This document shows, one piece after another, positions 1-14,200 of a stretch of DNA of 64,000 bases (positions are counted from its first letter, which is position 1; each line of letters begins with the position of its first letter). A program made the translations under genes and the position numbers. This DNA comes from Eledone cirrhosa (Eukaryota), in NCBI GenBank assembly GCA_964016885.1, contig CAXHJY010001064.1, forward strand, positions 1 to 64,000, given 5' to 3'. The notes beneath the pieces are model-generated. The model ran no database searches. It was not told the origin of the DNA and worked only from the letters and a program-made list of their open reading frames with translations.

Positions 1-138
1 ATCACATGAGATAATTTTTACAAGTGTGTAAACACACATAGCTAGTTAGATAGCTAAATAAAGTTGACTAGAACTTCAAAAATAGTTACCTACCTAGCTA
101 TGTGTGGTTACACAATTGTAAAAATGATCTCATGTGAT
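1..138. repeat. Imperfect inverted repeat (foldback/MITE centre), ~56-bp arms
   Basis: 1-56 atcacatgagataatttttacaagtgtgtaaacacacatagctag... is the reverse complement, with few mismatches, of ~83-138 ...ctagctatgtgtggttacacaattgtaaaaatgatctcatgtgat. It probably continues beyond the window start. Confidence 0.8.
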
Positions 139-299
139 TATTCATGTTTATTTATATGTTAATCAATTTCTAGTTATTATAAAATGCTCGGACCTACTTG
201 TTAGAATCTTAGAGATTATTTTCCGGGAGATATGGCGCATTCCTTTCCGGCATGACACCCATAATTTTGATTTAGATTAAATTCATTTAATTTATCTTA

Positions 300-303
<4 letters not shown>

Positions 304-370
<67 letters not shown>
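304..370. repeat. (GT)n microsatellite
   Basis: Direct reading. Confidence 0.98.
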
Positions 371-376
<6 letters not shown>

Positions 377-380
377 TGTG

Positions 381-645
381 TGAAGGCGCATGGCTTAGTG
401 GTTAGAGCATTGGGCTTGCAATCGAAATGTTGTGAGTTCAATTCTCGGACCGGGTGATGTGTTGTTTCCTTGAGCAAGACACGTTATTTCACGTTGCTCC
501 AGTTTGCTCAGCTGTAGAAATGAGATGAACAGGTGCCGGCCTGCCCGCCCAGCCAGTGGGATGGCGTTATCTTATGGCTAAAACAGCATGATGTGCTGTG
601 ACCAGCGGCGCCGTATGGACGTCCGACAGACTGGTCGGTCAAGGA
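381..645 (+). mobile_element. tRNA-derived SINE, family A
   Basis: A box TGGCTTAGTGG (391) and B box GAGTTCAATTC (~434), then a core ...ccttgagcaagacac...gctgtagaaatgag shared with 3086, 9430(-) and 30100. Confidence 0.8.
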
Positions 646-651
646 TATATG

Positions 652-682
<31 letters not shown>

Positions 683-689
683 AATAGGT

Positions 690-800
690 AAACAGAAATA
701 ACAACACAATCGGTACAGTATATGAAAGGAATATATTAGGTTAACGCTTGAAATAGCAGGAAGGTGTCTTAACGTTTCGGACGCTAGTCCTTCATCAACA
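690..800 (-). ncRNA. Minimal hammerhead-like remnant of Penelope-type terminal repeat
   Basis: Minus strand tTGATGAa-GGAC-tagc-GTCC-GAAAC-gtta. The first C of CUGA and stem I are lost to a (GT)n tract. Confidence 0.55.
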
Positions 801-1236
801 CACACACACATACATTTATATGTGTTTGCATGTGAATGTGGACATAAGAATATAATAAACATGTTAACGTTAGCTTCTATGAATTCAACAAGCTAAGATA
901 GACAACAAAAAACTATTTACCCCTCCCATAAATATTTCGGGAATTACCGGTGTCAATCTAAATATGACATGAGGGTAGTGATTTCTGATGAAACATGCTT
1001 TAATCACAACACCCATGCTACTCCCACCACACCAAACACCCCGATAACTTGAAATCGTCTTCAAATTACTGTAATTTGGATGAATCGATTTCAACTTATC
1101 CTCTGGGGCAGATTGAATGTAATTTTGTCTTATACCCTTTCATTTCTTCAGATTACTCCTTAATTTTTATTCTCTCTGGGTCTTTTCAGTTCTTGCTTCA
1201 TATGTAAATAGCTATTTTCATCATTTATACTTAAAA

Positions 1237-1238
<2 letters not shown>

Positions 1239-1290
<52 letters not shown>
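1239..1290. repeat. (TA)n microsatellite
   Basis: Direct reading. Confidence 0.98.
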
Positions 1291-1292
<2 letters not shown>

Positions 1293-1410
1293 TATAGCGG
1301 TGTAATCTTAAACAACCCCCAGCAACATTGATAAACTAAAACTTCAAAGATGTACTATCGGGGTGTAGTCTTAAACAACCCCCAGCAACAATCATAAACT
1401 TCAAAGATTT
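1291..1410. repeat. ~60-bp tandem duplication
   Basis: ggtgta(a/g)tcttaaacaacccccagcaaca...aaacttcaaagat occurs twice. Confidence 0.8.
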
Positions 1411-2109
1411 TAAATAAAAAATGCAAAAAATAGAATCAGTTGGTAAAATTGACACAATAGCGACGTCAGTTTATTAGCATTCTCCGAAAAATTTTTCTAA
1501 TTTTTCTGAAAAATTTTTCTGAAAAATTTTTCTGATCATCATGAAAAAGAAGTTTTTTTTTTGTTTTTTGCTGACATGATTGTTTATGATTTTGCTAAAA
1601 ATAGCAGCCAAATTTACCTCCTGCTATGTTTTCAAACAACGAAGGACACACATTAAACAATGTAGTCTCAGATACCCATATAAACACATGGATGTCATTG
1701 ATTGTATGCATAATAGATAAGATAGTCTCTGCGCTCTCATGACCATCTCTTTGGGTAGTGGCTCTATTTGCTAGAAATAGCAGCCAATTTTCCATCGATT
1801 TACCAGATCCTATTAGATGTGTGTTACATATCAAGGCAATCTTTGTTTTCTTTTTTCTTTTCTTTTGCTTCATATTTTTTTCTATGTACGCAAAGATTAG
1901 CAGAATATGTTTTCCCTTTATAACTAAATTGAATTTATATTAGAATTCCTAATAAAAACAATTATGCATAAATAAATATAATTTTGATAACTTTAATAAC
2001 TTTGATAGGTTTCGGCCAGTATTGGCCCAGGCCATCTCTAACTTAATAGCACCACCAGTATATAATTAAACTATATACATATTTATATTAATTCAATAAA
2101 TATATATTG

Positions 2110-2790
2110 TGCACTCATGTACACTACTGTACAAACTGGAGACGTTGAGAGGCAGCTTGTGGGAACTAAGTTGTGGGAGATCCGTGTCAGCGTATACCTA
2201 CGACGTCAACTACAGTGATGGGCAACGCTCTCAGGGTATATGAAACGTTAACAGGGATAAAATTTCACTAGGCTAAATCTGTGCCTACGACTCAGTACCT
2301 GGAGAAACGAATCTATACATTCCAACAGCGTCGTCAGGCGATGGACTGGTGGGCCGGTTAAATTGTTCGGGGTTTCGTTTGATCCAGACCTCCAAATGAA
2401 TAGAAACTTGAAGGTAACAAGCAGAGTGACCAAGCGCATCCAAAATTGGGCCGTGAGAAAGCTATCTCTGAAGGGTCGGCCACAGATAGCGAATGCGTAC
2501 ATCACATCTGTCACCTACTACCTACTGTCTGACCGGTTAACAGGTGTGGTCGTCGTATGTAAGGCACCTCTTTCCGTAAGTTGTCTCTTTGACTGAGATG
2601 CAATCGTAGATCAAGCAAAGACCAAGATTGGGTGCCTGCTATCAGGAATTTTGTCAAGCGCACACAGCCGTCTACTAATTGGGCATTGCGGTCAATGGGC
2701 ATTCTACATTAGAGTTCTATAGAGGACTGGTGGTGGACAAGTACGACGACGTTCTCGGGGGTGGGGCGATCTCGGCGTCGACGATAACGA
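2110..2790 (+). pseudogene. Degraded L1/Tx1-clade LINE RT relic
   Basis: SVSAYTYDV (decayed AYADD) near 2185 and FGVSF...W..RKLSLKGRPQIAN..ITS..YY, typical of the L1/Tx1 post-RT region. Confidence 0.65.
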
Positions 2791-2846
2791 ACTAACCGGG
2801 GGATTTTCAGCTGTATTGCAGATAATCATTATAAATGGTGGAAATT

Positions 2847-3025
2847 TGCTGTATCGGTAGAGGGTCGGACGCCATGCTTTCCAGCATAGTTACGTCCCTT
2901 TACGGTCTGAGTTCAAATCCCGTCGAGATTAACCTTGCCTTTTATCCTTACGGGTCTATAAAATAAAATACCAGTAATGTACTGAGTAAATTGCTGGCCT
3001 TGTGCCAAAAGTAGAAACAATTATA
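2847..3025 (+). mobile_element. SINE family B with 18-bp target site duplication (TSD)
   Basis: B box gagttcaaatccc, core cctttcatccttacggggtcgataaaataaagtaccagt (slightly varied), tail aagtagaaacaattat. attataaatggtggaaat is duplicated on both sides. Confidence 0.85.
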
Positions 3026-3085
3026 AATGGTGGAAATCATGCCTCACCCACAATCTCATTTCACCTTTAGTCAACAGTACCTCTT

Positions 3086-3250
3086 GTGAAGGCTTAGTGG
3101 TTAGAGCATTAGGCTTGCAATCAAAAGGTTGTGAGTTCAATTCTCGAACCGGGTGATGTGTTTTTTCCTTGAGAAAGACACTTTTTTTAACGTTGCTCCA
3201 ATTTACTCAACTGTAGAAATGAGATGATAGGACTGTGGTCCCTATCATTA
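3086..3250 (+). mobile_element. SINE family A copy
   Basis: Same head and core as 381-525. Confidence 0.8.
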
Positions 3251-4078
3251 AATTACCCAAGACACCTCCAACGAGATATACCTTGGAGGAGGCCAGCTAA
3301 ACCAGCATAGGTGTGAGCTGTCACAAACACACACACACAACTCTTCCCCAGGGCGTAATGGACCTTTTTCGACCTTGAATTCCAAACCCCTGATTTAAAT
3401 CTGAAAACTTGTCAAATCTAACTCTTACAATGTAAGGGAGTGGAAAATGAACAAGACATAAATTGACTGATTCCTTTTTGTGTCAGTCGACATTCAAACA
3501 TTTGGTCTGTTCAATACCCGGAATGTCGTTTTCGTCTGTCAAATCGGGACGAAAGCATCAAAAACTGAGAAATGAGTCCTCCAGTTGAAAGGAATGATGG
3601 GTATCGTCAATTGTTCATTGTGGCAATATTCTCGCCATCTTGTCTGCTAGACACAGCTGAAATATGCCACCCGGCCATATGTACAGGGTTTCATACTCAC
3701 CACACAGCCTTTCCCTTTTATTTATTTATTTATCTATTTATTGCTCTTTCCTTTATTAATGCAATCTAAAATAGGAAAATATAAAGAAAAAACGAGAGAG
3801 AAAACGGAAAGGGTGTAGGGAATGGCAACGACTCTAGTGTCAAAGAAGAATGGGGAGGTGAGGGGGGGGGATTAGTTATTCATAAATAAATACGTACAGG
3901 GTTTCACCCCGACTCCACAGCCTTTTTTCCTACCATTTATTTATTTATTTATCTATTTATTTATTTAATTTTTTTTTAGTTATTCATAAATAACGATTTT
4001 GTATTTTTGCGAAAAACAAACAAAGAAAAAAAGCAAAAAAAAAATTGAAAACTTAACATTTAAAATGTTCCCTATTGT

Positions 4079-4152
4079 CATTATGACGTCATAATGCTTA
4101 TAACGTCTATAGAAGGTTATAAATAGATGTGATTTGAAATAATTAATCAGTC
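4079..4152 (+). promoter_or_regulatory. Candidate Pol II core promoter (CRE palindrome, TATA, initiator)
   Basis: 18-bp palindrome CATTATGACGTCATAATG (4079-4096), TATAAATA at 4118, TCAGTC with A at 4149 (TATA at -31). Confidence 0.5.
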
Positions 4153-5320
4153 TACTGCCACGGGTAACCCGATATGGTTTGTAGTTGAGTCCGTCTTGAA
4201 GACTAGTGTGAAGTAGCAGTCATCTTCACCTTGTTTTCGACGTTTACCAGGCAGTCTTGGGTTCTTAAACACCCCCTGTAACCTAGTTGCAAGGTGTACG
4301 GTACAGCCGCACGCGCTGTATGAACTCTTGACCAGGCTCTTCCAGGGCAGGAAACCTGGGGCTTCCGAGAAGACAAGAGATTTACTCTCGATACCAAAAA
4401 AAATCGAAAACTGGAGAAGACTGGTGAACACCAATACACAATGGCTCCCCTCGGGAGTGAAGGCCTTCGATACGAAACGCACACACATGCATACATACAC
4501 ACACATTATTAATCTAGACATCGGTGAATATGTGTTGGAAATAGATTTTTTTCTAGCTCATATCTGCCGATGTCCAGATGAAAAATACAACTCATTTTTT
4601 ATTTCTTTCAGATTCTATAAAGAGCGAATGATTCAAATGCAGCAGCAAAATGTTTGTTAATATAATGAATAATGTTACGAAAATTGTTTGTGTATATTGA
4701 ATAAATGCATGTTTATGATATTCACTAGTTTGTTATATTTGTCATTGAAAAAATATTTATTAAAATAACAGATTAAGCAAAGATCCGGTTAAGGGTGAAA
4801 GCAGCGATTCTTTGCTAAAACTTTAATCTGTTATTTTAATATATATATATATTATTATATATATATATTATTATATATAATGTGTGTGTGAGACTTGGGG
4901 TAGGTTTGATTGAAAAACAGTCCCAAGAAACCGAAGAATAGAAGCTGAGATGTTGAACAGAAGTTGAAGTAATTCGCCACTCGAATAGCAAGACTAATTC
5001 CAGAAGTAAAAAGTGATATAAGAAATAAAATGTCTTCTAGACAATAACAACAACAACACAAAGCGTTAGACTGGTTGGAATGCAACTAACATAGTAACAA
5101 AACATTGGCTGGTTGTAATGGCGTTGTTTAACTTTCGAAAACTGAAATTTGTTTCGTTAGAAAAGTAAAGTAAACTATTTCGCTGAGTATTAAGAAAACA
5201 ACCAGCTAGAAAATATTTGTTTCACTTAACTGAAATTTTTAAAAAATATTTCACTATTCCCTGAGTCCCGACAGGTATGGAAATGCCGTCTATAAATTAT
5301 TTTTTACTCTGAAATATATA

Positions 5321-5386
<66 letters not shown>

Positions 5387-5429
5387 ATGCCGTCTATAAA
5401 TTATTTTTTACTCTGAAATATATATATAC

Positions 5430-5529
<100 letters not shown>

Positions 5530-5539
5530 GGTATATATT

Positions 5540-7290
<1,751 letters not shown>

Positions 7291-8200
7291 TTGTGTCTAT
7301 CTTACACAACAAACTTCAAATGCTTTCTTAATGTGACGCAGTAGCAGCTGCCTCTTCCCCCTCGCCTGTGCAGCTTCAGCCATTCACTGCCACCCAGACG
7401 AGACAGGGATCCTGTTTAATGCTTCCTCAAACCTCGTCGATCAACATCGTTGAGCTACGGAGGGTCCTTCTCGCTTTCCAGGGACCCTAGCGTTCGTTCT
7501 CTGTGTGCCTTCTCCTACGTGACCACTGGTACAGGATGAAATATTGTAGGTGTTTTCGTGTAAAAAGAAATATCTCAAAAATAACAAACATAAAGAATTT
7601 AAGCCAAAGAAAACTCCGCAATAGAAGTCTTCCGAGTGTCACTCATGAAGAAACCTAACAAAAATCGACGGTTTCTCTGTACGCAATGGTAAGTATTCAG
7701 AATAAGATCTATACTGGCGATTGGCGCCGTGGTACAGTTGTAGCACAGTTATTCTCCTTATGTCAACGGTGACTCTGATACAGACTACAGATATTTTTTT
7801 GTATCGAATTACTTTATAAAATCCAACAGAAAATCAAATTGCCTAGTTAGTACAGCTTTTAGATCGTCTCATCAAATTATGGGCGTTTTAAACAGCATAC
7901 AGCCTAAGAAAAAGAAATAATTTCAGTTATATTTTTTTATCTTGCTCGCACATACACACAGAGGTTGAACGCTTCCTTGTTAAAATCATGCAATATATTA
8001 GCCCTAAAATGAGAAGCAAAGCAGCATTGCCACTGTGGTACATTTGTAGCGCAGCTGTTCACCATACTGCAAATGGGAGTTCGATTCCGATTAACGGATT
8101 TTTTTTTGTTTTTGTTTCTTTTAGTTTATTTTTTTTTGTATGTGAATTGTTAAAGTAATCAAACCCGGTATAGAAGAATATAATATTATTTACATATGTA

Positions 8201-8320
8201 CAGTCTGAGTTCAAATCCCATCGAGGTTAACTTTGCCTTTCATCCTTACGGGATCGATAAAATAAAGTAGCAGTAATGCACTGATATAATTGTTGGCCTT
8301 GTGCCAAAAGTAGAAACAAT
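8201..8320 (+). mobile_element. 5'-truncated SINE family B with 16-bp TSD
   Basis: attatttacatatgta on both flanks. Confidence 0.85.
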
Positions 8321-8384
8321 TATTTACATATGTAATTTTGAGTATTTTATTATTTATAATTATTTGAGCAAATAATAGAACCCT

Positions 8385-8970
8385 CTGTGTTCAGGGAGCG
8401 TGAGGTCGCCTATGAGACGTGGGACAGACTGGGACTTACTCCAGTAGACGTCCCTCCTCTTCCACCCCCAAAGTGTATGGGATGCCATCCAGTGCAGTCT
8501 GGCCTCAGACAGACACACGCGCCAGTTCGACCAGCACCACCTTGCCTGTTTTCGCGCTGCCTCCAAACTCCACAGTGGTGTCTGGCGGCTCCATGCCTTG
8601 CCCTCCTTCTCCACTGGCACGCAGCTGGATAACGATAGCCGCAAGCTGGTGCAGTCTGCGACTAACCCAGGTACTGCTGCACGTCGGGCTGAGGAGGCCA
8701 AACTCTCCAAGTACCGGTCGCTCTCCGATAGGTTCGCGGTCGTGCCCTTTGCAGTGGAGACTTCTGGTGTCCTTGGCCCTAGGGCTACCTCCCTATTCAC
8801 CACCATATGTGCTGAGATGGCCAGCCGCAGGTGTGAGCCTCGCGAGTTGGAATGGCTCTTCCAGCGCATCTCCCTTACCAACCTCCGGAGAAATACCTTC
8901 TTCATCTTGTCCGCAGGGGATGTGGGGATGCCAGCACGTGGGACCCCATTTGCTCACCTTACAAATTAAT
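8385..8970 (+). pseudogene. CRE-like non-LTR retrotransposon C-terminal restriction-like endonuclease (RLE) relic
   Basis: AARRAEEAKLSKYRSL...VPFAVETSGVLGPRA...PRELEWLFQRIS matches the RLE C-terminus of metazoan CRE-type elements. GC-rich island. Confidence 0.7.
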
Positions 8971-9429
8971 AGACAAAGTTATAATCTATTGTAAATAAAC
9001 CTATTTAATAGCCTAAAGCTTGAGGATATGAAACAAATAATGCATAGAGAAATATAAAACATGTAATACGATATTGAAATAAAAGTTGTATACTCTCAGG
9101 TCTTGATTAATCCCCCCACATCCGTTTATTGATTTTTCAATTTTTTTTCTAAGCCCCTTCGCTTATTAAATTTTACTAATCTATCTCCGGCGAAATTGTA
9201 TAAGTGATTCCTATTGATACAGCAGCTGGAGAATCTTATAATAATTTTATTTTGATTAAAAAAACACTATGTAATAAAAAAAGGAACATTACAAGAAATC
9301 CCATATTTACGAACATACACTTTATAATTACCGAACCCCCACCCCGCACACACACAATGTTTATTTTTTTCAACGCATTAAGATTTTAACAATAAAAAAA
9401 AAATTGTCAACCGACTTTCGTCAAATCAG

Positions 9430-9545
9430 ACCGAGGAAACAATGTTGCTCAAGGACATAACACATCACCCGGTCCAAGAATCAAACTGATAACCTCACGA
9501 TTGCGAATCTAGTTCTTTAACCAATCAACCACACGCCTTCACTAT
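9430..9545 (-). mobile_element. SINE family A head
   Basis: Reverse complement of gtgaaggcgtgtgg...ggttaaagaac...gttatgtccttgagcaac. Confidence 0.7.
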
Positions 9546-10266
9546 ATATGTGTGACTAATAGCTTGGAGAGGGACTCCACCAGGCTTTAAAATGTCCAAG
9601 AAACGGTCAATGTCATTACAGTGCCCCTACGACTCCACTAGGAGATACGGAACAATATATACATGACTAATTTACACAGTAGTATTGCAGAATAGTATGG
9701 GGTTGGTAGTGATTCCGACTTCTACGTCTCTATTGACTTTCCAGGAGTTCGCTGATACTGCTGTGGGGACTAATTGTGGGGTGGCTTTATGTTGGACTGT
9801 GTCACGGACCGCGCTCAGTATTCTTCTCGGAAATTCTCACTTCTGAGTTCTCTCCCATCATTAACTTCTTTTTTTTTATATTTGAGTTATCTTCCCCTCT
9901 TTTCGATTCTAGAGAAGATACAATTTGTTTCTTAGAAGACGAGGTTTGTAGAGTTTAATTTATTTTTTCAATTTCAAGTTACCGGGAAATAAGATAAACA
10001 GGTAATATGAAATCATTATAACGGTGACATAATTACATCGGTATTTTGAAATTCATTTTGGATATTATGTTTATGTAAAGTTTTAGTTGTTGTGGACATA
10101 AGGACATGTCTCTACCTTGACTTTTTTCGTTCATAAAGCCCTTCCTAACTTATGTTGAGAATGTATATAAAAATACCACGTCATAATTATTGGCTTGCTC
10201 TTCACGACCATAAAATACTTCACACTGTTCCCAGACATTCCACAAGCGGCCCTTCTTAGTATTGTA

Positions 10267-10605
10267 TAGGGTAGTCCGAAAGTCTTGTCACCCCCTACCA
10301 AAAAGTAATGAGAAACAATTTATGTTCCCATCGCAGTGTCGTCCTCTTCAGAGGAGCTGGTTTGCCGATCCTTGCAGTGAAGTCATGTCGCACATCCTCC
10401 ATGCTCTTGCCAGAATGCACACGATCATGTCAATACACTTGCAAGCAGCCTCTCTCCCAAACTGTAAGAGCTCTAAAATAGAAAATTATATTATTATTGT
10501 TATATATTATAATTAATGATATTATATATTATATTATTAAAACATAGAATAATGAAAGTTAAAACAATATGTGACAAGGGGTGATAACACTTTCGGACTA
10601 CCCTG
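10267..10605. mobile_element. Tc1/mariner-type non-autonomous element
   Basis: ~30-bp terminal inverted repeats (TIRs) tagggtagtccgaaagtcttgtcacccc and ggggtgataacactttcggactaccctg, flanked by TA. Confidence 0.85.
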
Positions 10606-10901
10606 TATATTTATCTCTTCCTACACTTAAGAGATGTGTCACAAGTAATTGGCTTTCGTAAGTCACCACAAATATAATAGAGTGCGTCAGCTATTTGAGA
10701 ACAAATCTTTTAAGAAACATAAGTGGCTTAAACTTTAACTAAATATCCTCTGTTTTTTAATCCGCAACATAGAAGCTTCGAATCTAACAGAAATTATCAA
10801 AAGGCGTGCCTTTTTCTTCGTCTTAGCCGCCAACCACGGTGATTCTGAATTCGTCAGTTACAGAACATAGATTGTCAACAACAAAAAAGCACACTCACAA
10901 G

Positions 10902-11106
10902 TTTAACACTTTCGTGGCCATGACCATATTTCTAATGAAATACATTCTGCTTAAATTAAGTAATGAAGACATTTGAGCGAATTTCTAAAATTATTCATTA
11001 TTTCGTAACTAAGATAGTCACTTAACATATGGTTCTTATATAAAATCGGTGGTTTAGTTTCGTAGAACCAGGGATAGTTTTAGGTAGATTGGTATAAAAG
11101 GGTTAA
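10902..11106. mobile_element. TTAA-flanked piggyBac-like MITE, family 2
   Basis: ttaacac...gaccatatttctaatgaaatac...aaagggttaa. Related to 41751-42030 and 42978-43420. Confidence 0.55.
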
Positions 11107-11274
11107 ATAGGCACCCTTTAAAATTGGTACTTTTCTTTCTTATAAGCAGAGCTAATTTTGTGTGGGTAGGTATTAAAGGGATTAAATAGGACCTCTTTAA
11201 AAAGGGTGGTTTTGTTTCATAGAACTAGGGCCGGTTTGTGTGGACTTAAACAGGAACAGTGAATGAAACAAAAT

Positions 11275-11553
11275 GAAAAATCAACGCAAGTTACGTCTTC
11301 CAGCGTAGTTACGTCCCTTTACGATCTGAGTTCAAATCCCGCCGAGGTTAACTTTGCCTTTCATCCTTACGGGGTCGATAAAATAAAGTACCAGTAATGT
11401 ACTGGGTAATTGCTGGCCTTGTGCCAAAAAGTAGAAACAATTGTTTCTACTTTTGGCACAAGGCCAGCATTTAAACCAGTGTATTACTGGTACTTTATTT
11501 TATCGACCCCGTAAGGATGAGGTCGATGAAACTTAACTTGCGTTGATTTTTCA
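11275..11553. repeat. Foldback palindrome made of SINE B and its flank
   Basis: Centred on gaaacaattgtttc (~11441). The flank tgaaaaatcaacgcaagtta recurs inverted at ~11535-11553. Confidence 0.8.
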
Positions 11554-12749
11554 TATCCCGTCGAGGTTAACTTTGCCTTTCATCCTTACGGGGTAAAGCA
11601 CCAGTAAGTACTGGAGTCGATTTAATCGACTTTCCCCTCCTCTTCAGATTGCTGGCGTTGTGCTAAAGAAAGTAGAAACAATTATTTATTGAGATCCTAA
11701 AAAATAAATCATAGCATCTCATTCTTTTTCATCTAAAATAAAGAGCCTAAAGGCATGTTGAAAGATAAATACCAACTAAACCTTATGATAGTTTAAAGTT
11801 AAATGTTTCGCTCGAACGAAGATTGCCCATACTCTCTGCTTCCGTCTATCGTTGTCAGTATCAGGAACTGACAAACCCAGCTCTATCCACTGAATTAAAA
11901 CTTCCTCCATCTCCCTGGTGGAACTAGTCCATGTTGGAAAGGAGAGGATGTTACTCACTAAAAGGGAGCAAACGTGGATGGAGGAAAGAAAGCAGGTAGA
12001 GACAGAGATGTTATTTACTCAAACCGAGACCTCCAAACTGTTTGGGCAAGGCATGTGCAAATGGTCTGTTAAAATTATGTGAACTGCGTGTTTATTCAAG
12101 TTCACTTGGCGATCAAAAATATATCTTACAGATACATGAGTTACTCTCCGTGGATAACAAAAACACAAAAATTACGGTTACATTATTCTTACCTCCCTTG
12201 CATATCTCGTGTATAATAACATCAACCATCGTATTACTTGCCTGAAAGATGAAACATCATCGTTGTCGTCGTCAACATAATCATCACCGTTTAACGACCA
12301 TTTTTCCACGCTTTCATGTGTAAGATTAGTTGTTCCGTTGTGAAATATGAATGTGTATATGTACGTGTGTGTGTGTGTGTGTGTTTAGAAAACCTGCTAG
12401 AGTGTTAATTTGCTGGATTACTTTCGTCATAATTCTATAAAATAACCGTTGTTAAGGTGCATTCCAAACACTAGTTAAATAATAAGAAATCTAATTATAT
12501 TACTAAATCTCTCTACTTTCTTTATTTGAAATTAATAGGCAGTGTCATCTATTAGAAATATGGTAACGAAAATGTTAATGCAGGCAAATTGACTGTTTAA
12601 CTGATGAAAAATGTCCCAACACTCTCGATGTGAGTGATTGACAGCAGGAAGTGTAAGGGTCATCCACTTGAAACTGAAAATAAAAGCAAAATAAAAACAA
12701 AATAAATAAATCTGATTCAATAATACACAAATGTACAAAATTGAGAACT

Positions 12750-13365
12750 GCCTGTAAGGTGTTAGTGCTGGAGTCATGATAAAAAACATCCATTCCACTA
12801 TGTGAGGAGGTAGTGCTGGTGCAATTTCAAAAAGCACCTAGTCTCCCCAGTAGGGTGGTAGTGACAGAATTACAACAACAAAAACATCCAGTCAACCCTG
12901 TAAGGTGGTATGGCTGGTGCCACAATAAAAAGCACCTAGTTCACCCTGTAAGGTGGAACTGACAAAGTCACATTAAAAAGTATCCAGCCTACACTGTAAG
13001 ATGGGAGTGCTGGTGCCATGATAAAAAGCAACCAGTCTACCCTATGAAGTCATAGTGATGGTGCTAGGATAAAAAGTACCTAGTCCATCCTGTAAGGTGA
13101 GAGTGCTGATGCTTTGATAAAATGATCCCAGTACATGCTGTAAAGTGGTTAGTGTTAAGAAGGGAATTTAGCCATAGAAACCAAGCCAAAAATGAAGCGT
13201 GTATGAGCAAGATATAGTCGTCTGGTCAGTTTGCATGTTGTAAAAAGCAACTAAAAGGGTTAGTAACAGGAAGGGCATCTGGCTATAAAATATTACCTCA
13301 CAAAGTCCTGCCCAACCCATGCCATCATGGAAAATTCGATGTAGAACCAATGATGATGGTGATAT
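12750..13365 (+). mobile_element. RTE 3'-UTR-derived fragment with ~8-9 x 48-bp units
   Basis: Units of aaaaagcacc(c/t)agtccaccctgtaaggtgg...tggtgcc, then aagggaatttagccatagaaacc...gatgatggtgat tail. Confidence 0.8.
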
Positions 13366-13399
13366 CATGTTTTGGTATATACAATTACACATCTATTAT

Positions 13400-13610
13400 A
13401 GCATGCATATCTAGCTTCATTCCAATATTTATACATCCTCTTGCACATAAAGCCCAAGTCTCATTTCCATGCAGCATCATAGTTTGTACTCAAGCTCCAT
13501 AATATATATATTTCACATTGAAGTAGAAATACTTTGTAGCCAGCAATGGTAGTAGATCCGACATTTGTCTCACTCTGGCTACTGTACTTTCAGAACACCT
13601 ACCAACATTA
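13400..13610 (-). pseudogene. Decayed RTE RT fragment
   Basis: Matches the CSESTVARV...LLATK...MLHG.ETWAL region of the PHD-RTE family. Confidence 0.6.
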
Positions 13611-13689
13611 CTAATGTTTATATTTTGATTTTAGCATCTGATGAGTAGATCAATACCAGAGTCATATCAATTTTCAATGTAGGATAATA

Positions 13690-14200
13690 ATTTTGTCTGC
13701 ATATGCAGACATGACCCTCCTATGTTTGAACAGGTTGGCCCTCAACATTGCCAATATTTACAACAATAGCTCAAGCCCCAAAGTATCCAGAAGAGATAAA
13801 ATGGGAATCCTTAACAGATCAAGCACATATTTGAAATGGCTTCAATAGGTGGCATGTTAGTTTGACCACTGAATATAAGCTTCTGTATAATCTAATGGTT
13901 CGGGGTCTGAAGATGGTATTGAAACTGACAGTTTAGAACATCCTCCAAGTAATGGTGTTCAACTCTGTCAAATACATTAGACTGATCTAAATGGTTTAAA
14001 CCCCTACCAAAGCCACATCAAGTCCTGAATCATTCTACAATATATTGCATGATGTGGTGTATATCCATTGAGGATTGCCTATATTTGTACATCTTTGGCT
14101 ACACTACTGAATAACGTACTAACCTCATAGCAATCACCTTTGCCAAAAGATTTTAACTTTGTGTCTAGCAGAGTCATGGGTCTAGAATTATCTATTATGT
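13690..14200 (-). pseudogene. Degraded L1/Tx1-clade RT relic
   Basis: Minus strand LDQSNVFDRVEHHYLEDVL (~13985-13935) and SAYAD (~13710). Confidence 0.65.

Noticed and set aside
381-455. tRNA gene
   Set aside because: A and B boxes are present, but the sequence continues into a SINE core found in several diverged copies, with no clean cloverleaf.
4149-4480. Telomerase RNA, 7SK or RNase P/MRP gene
   Set aside because: No CTAACCCT-type template or other diagnostic conserved boxes were found.
12750-13150. 48-bp arrays as a CRISPR array
   Set aside because: The variable parts are homologous to each other rather than unique spacers, the context is a eukaryotic LINE UTR, and there are no cas genes.
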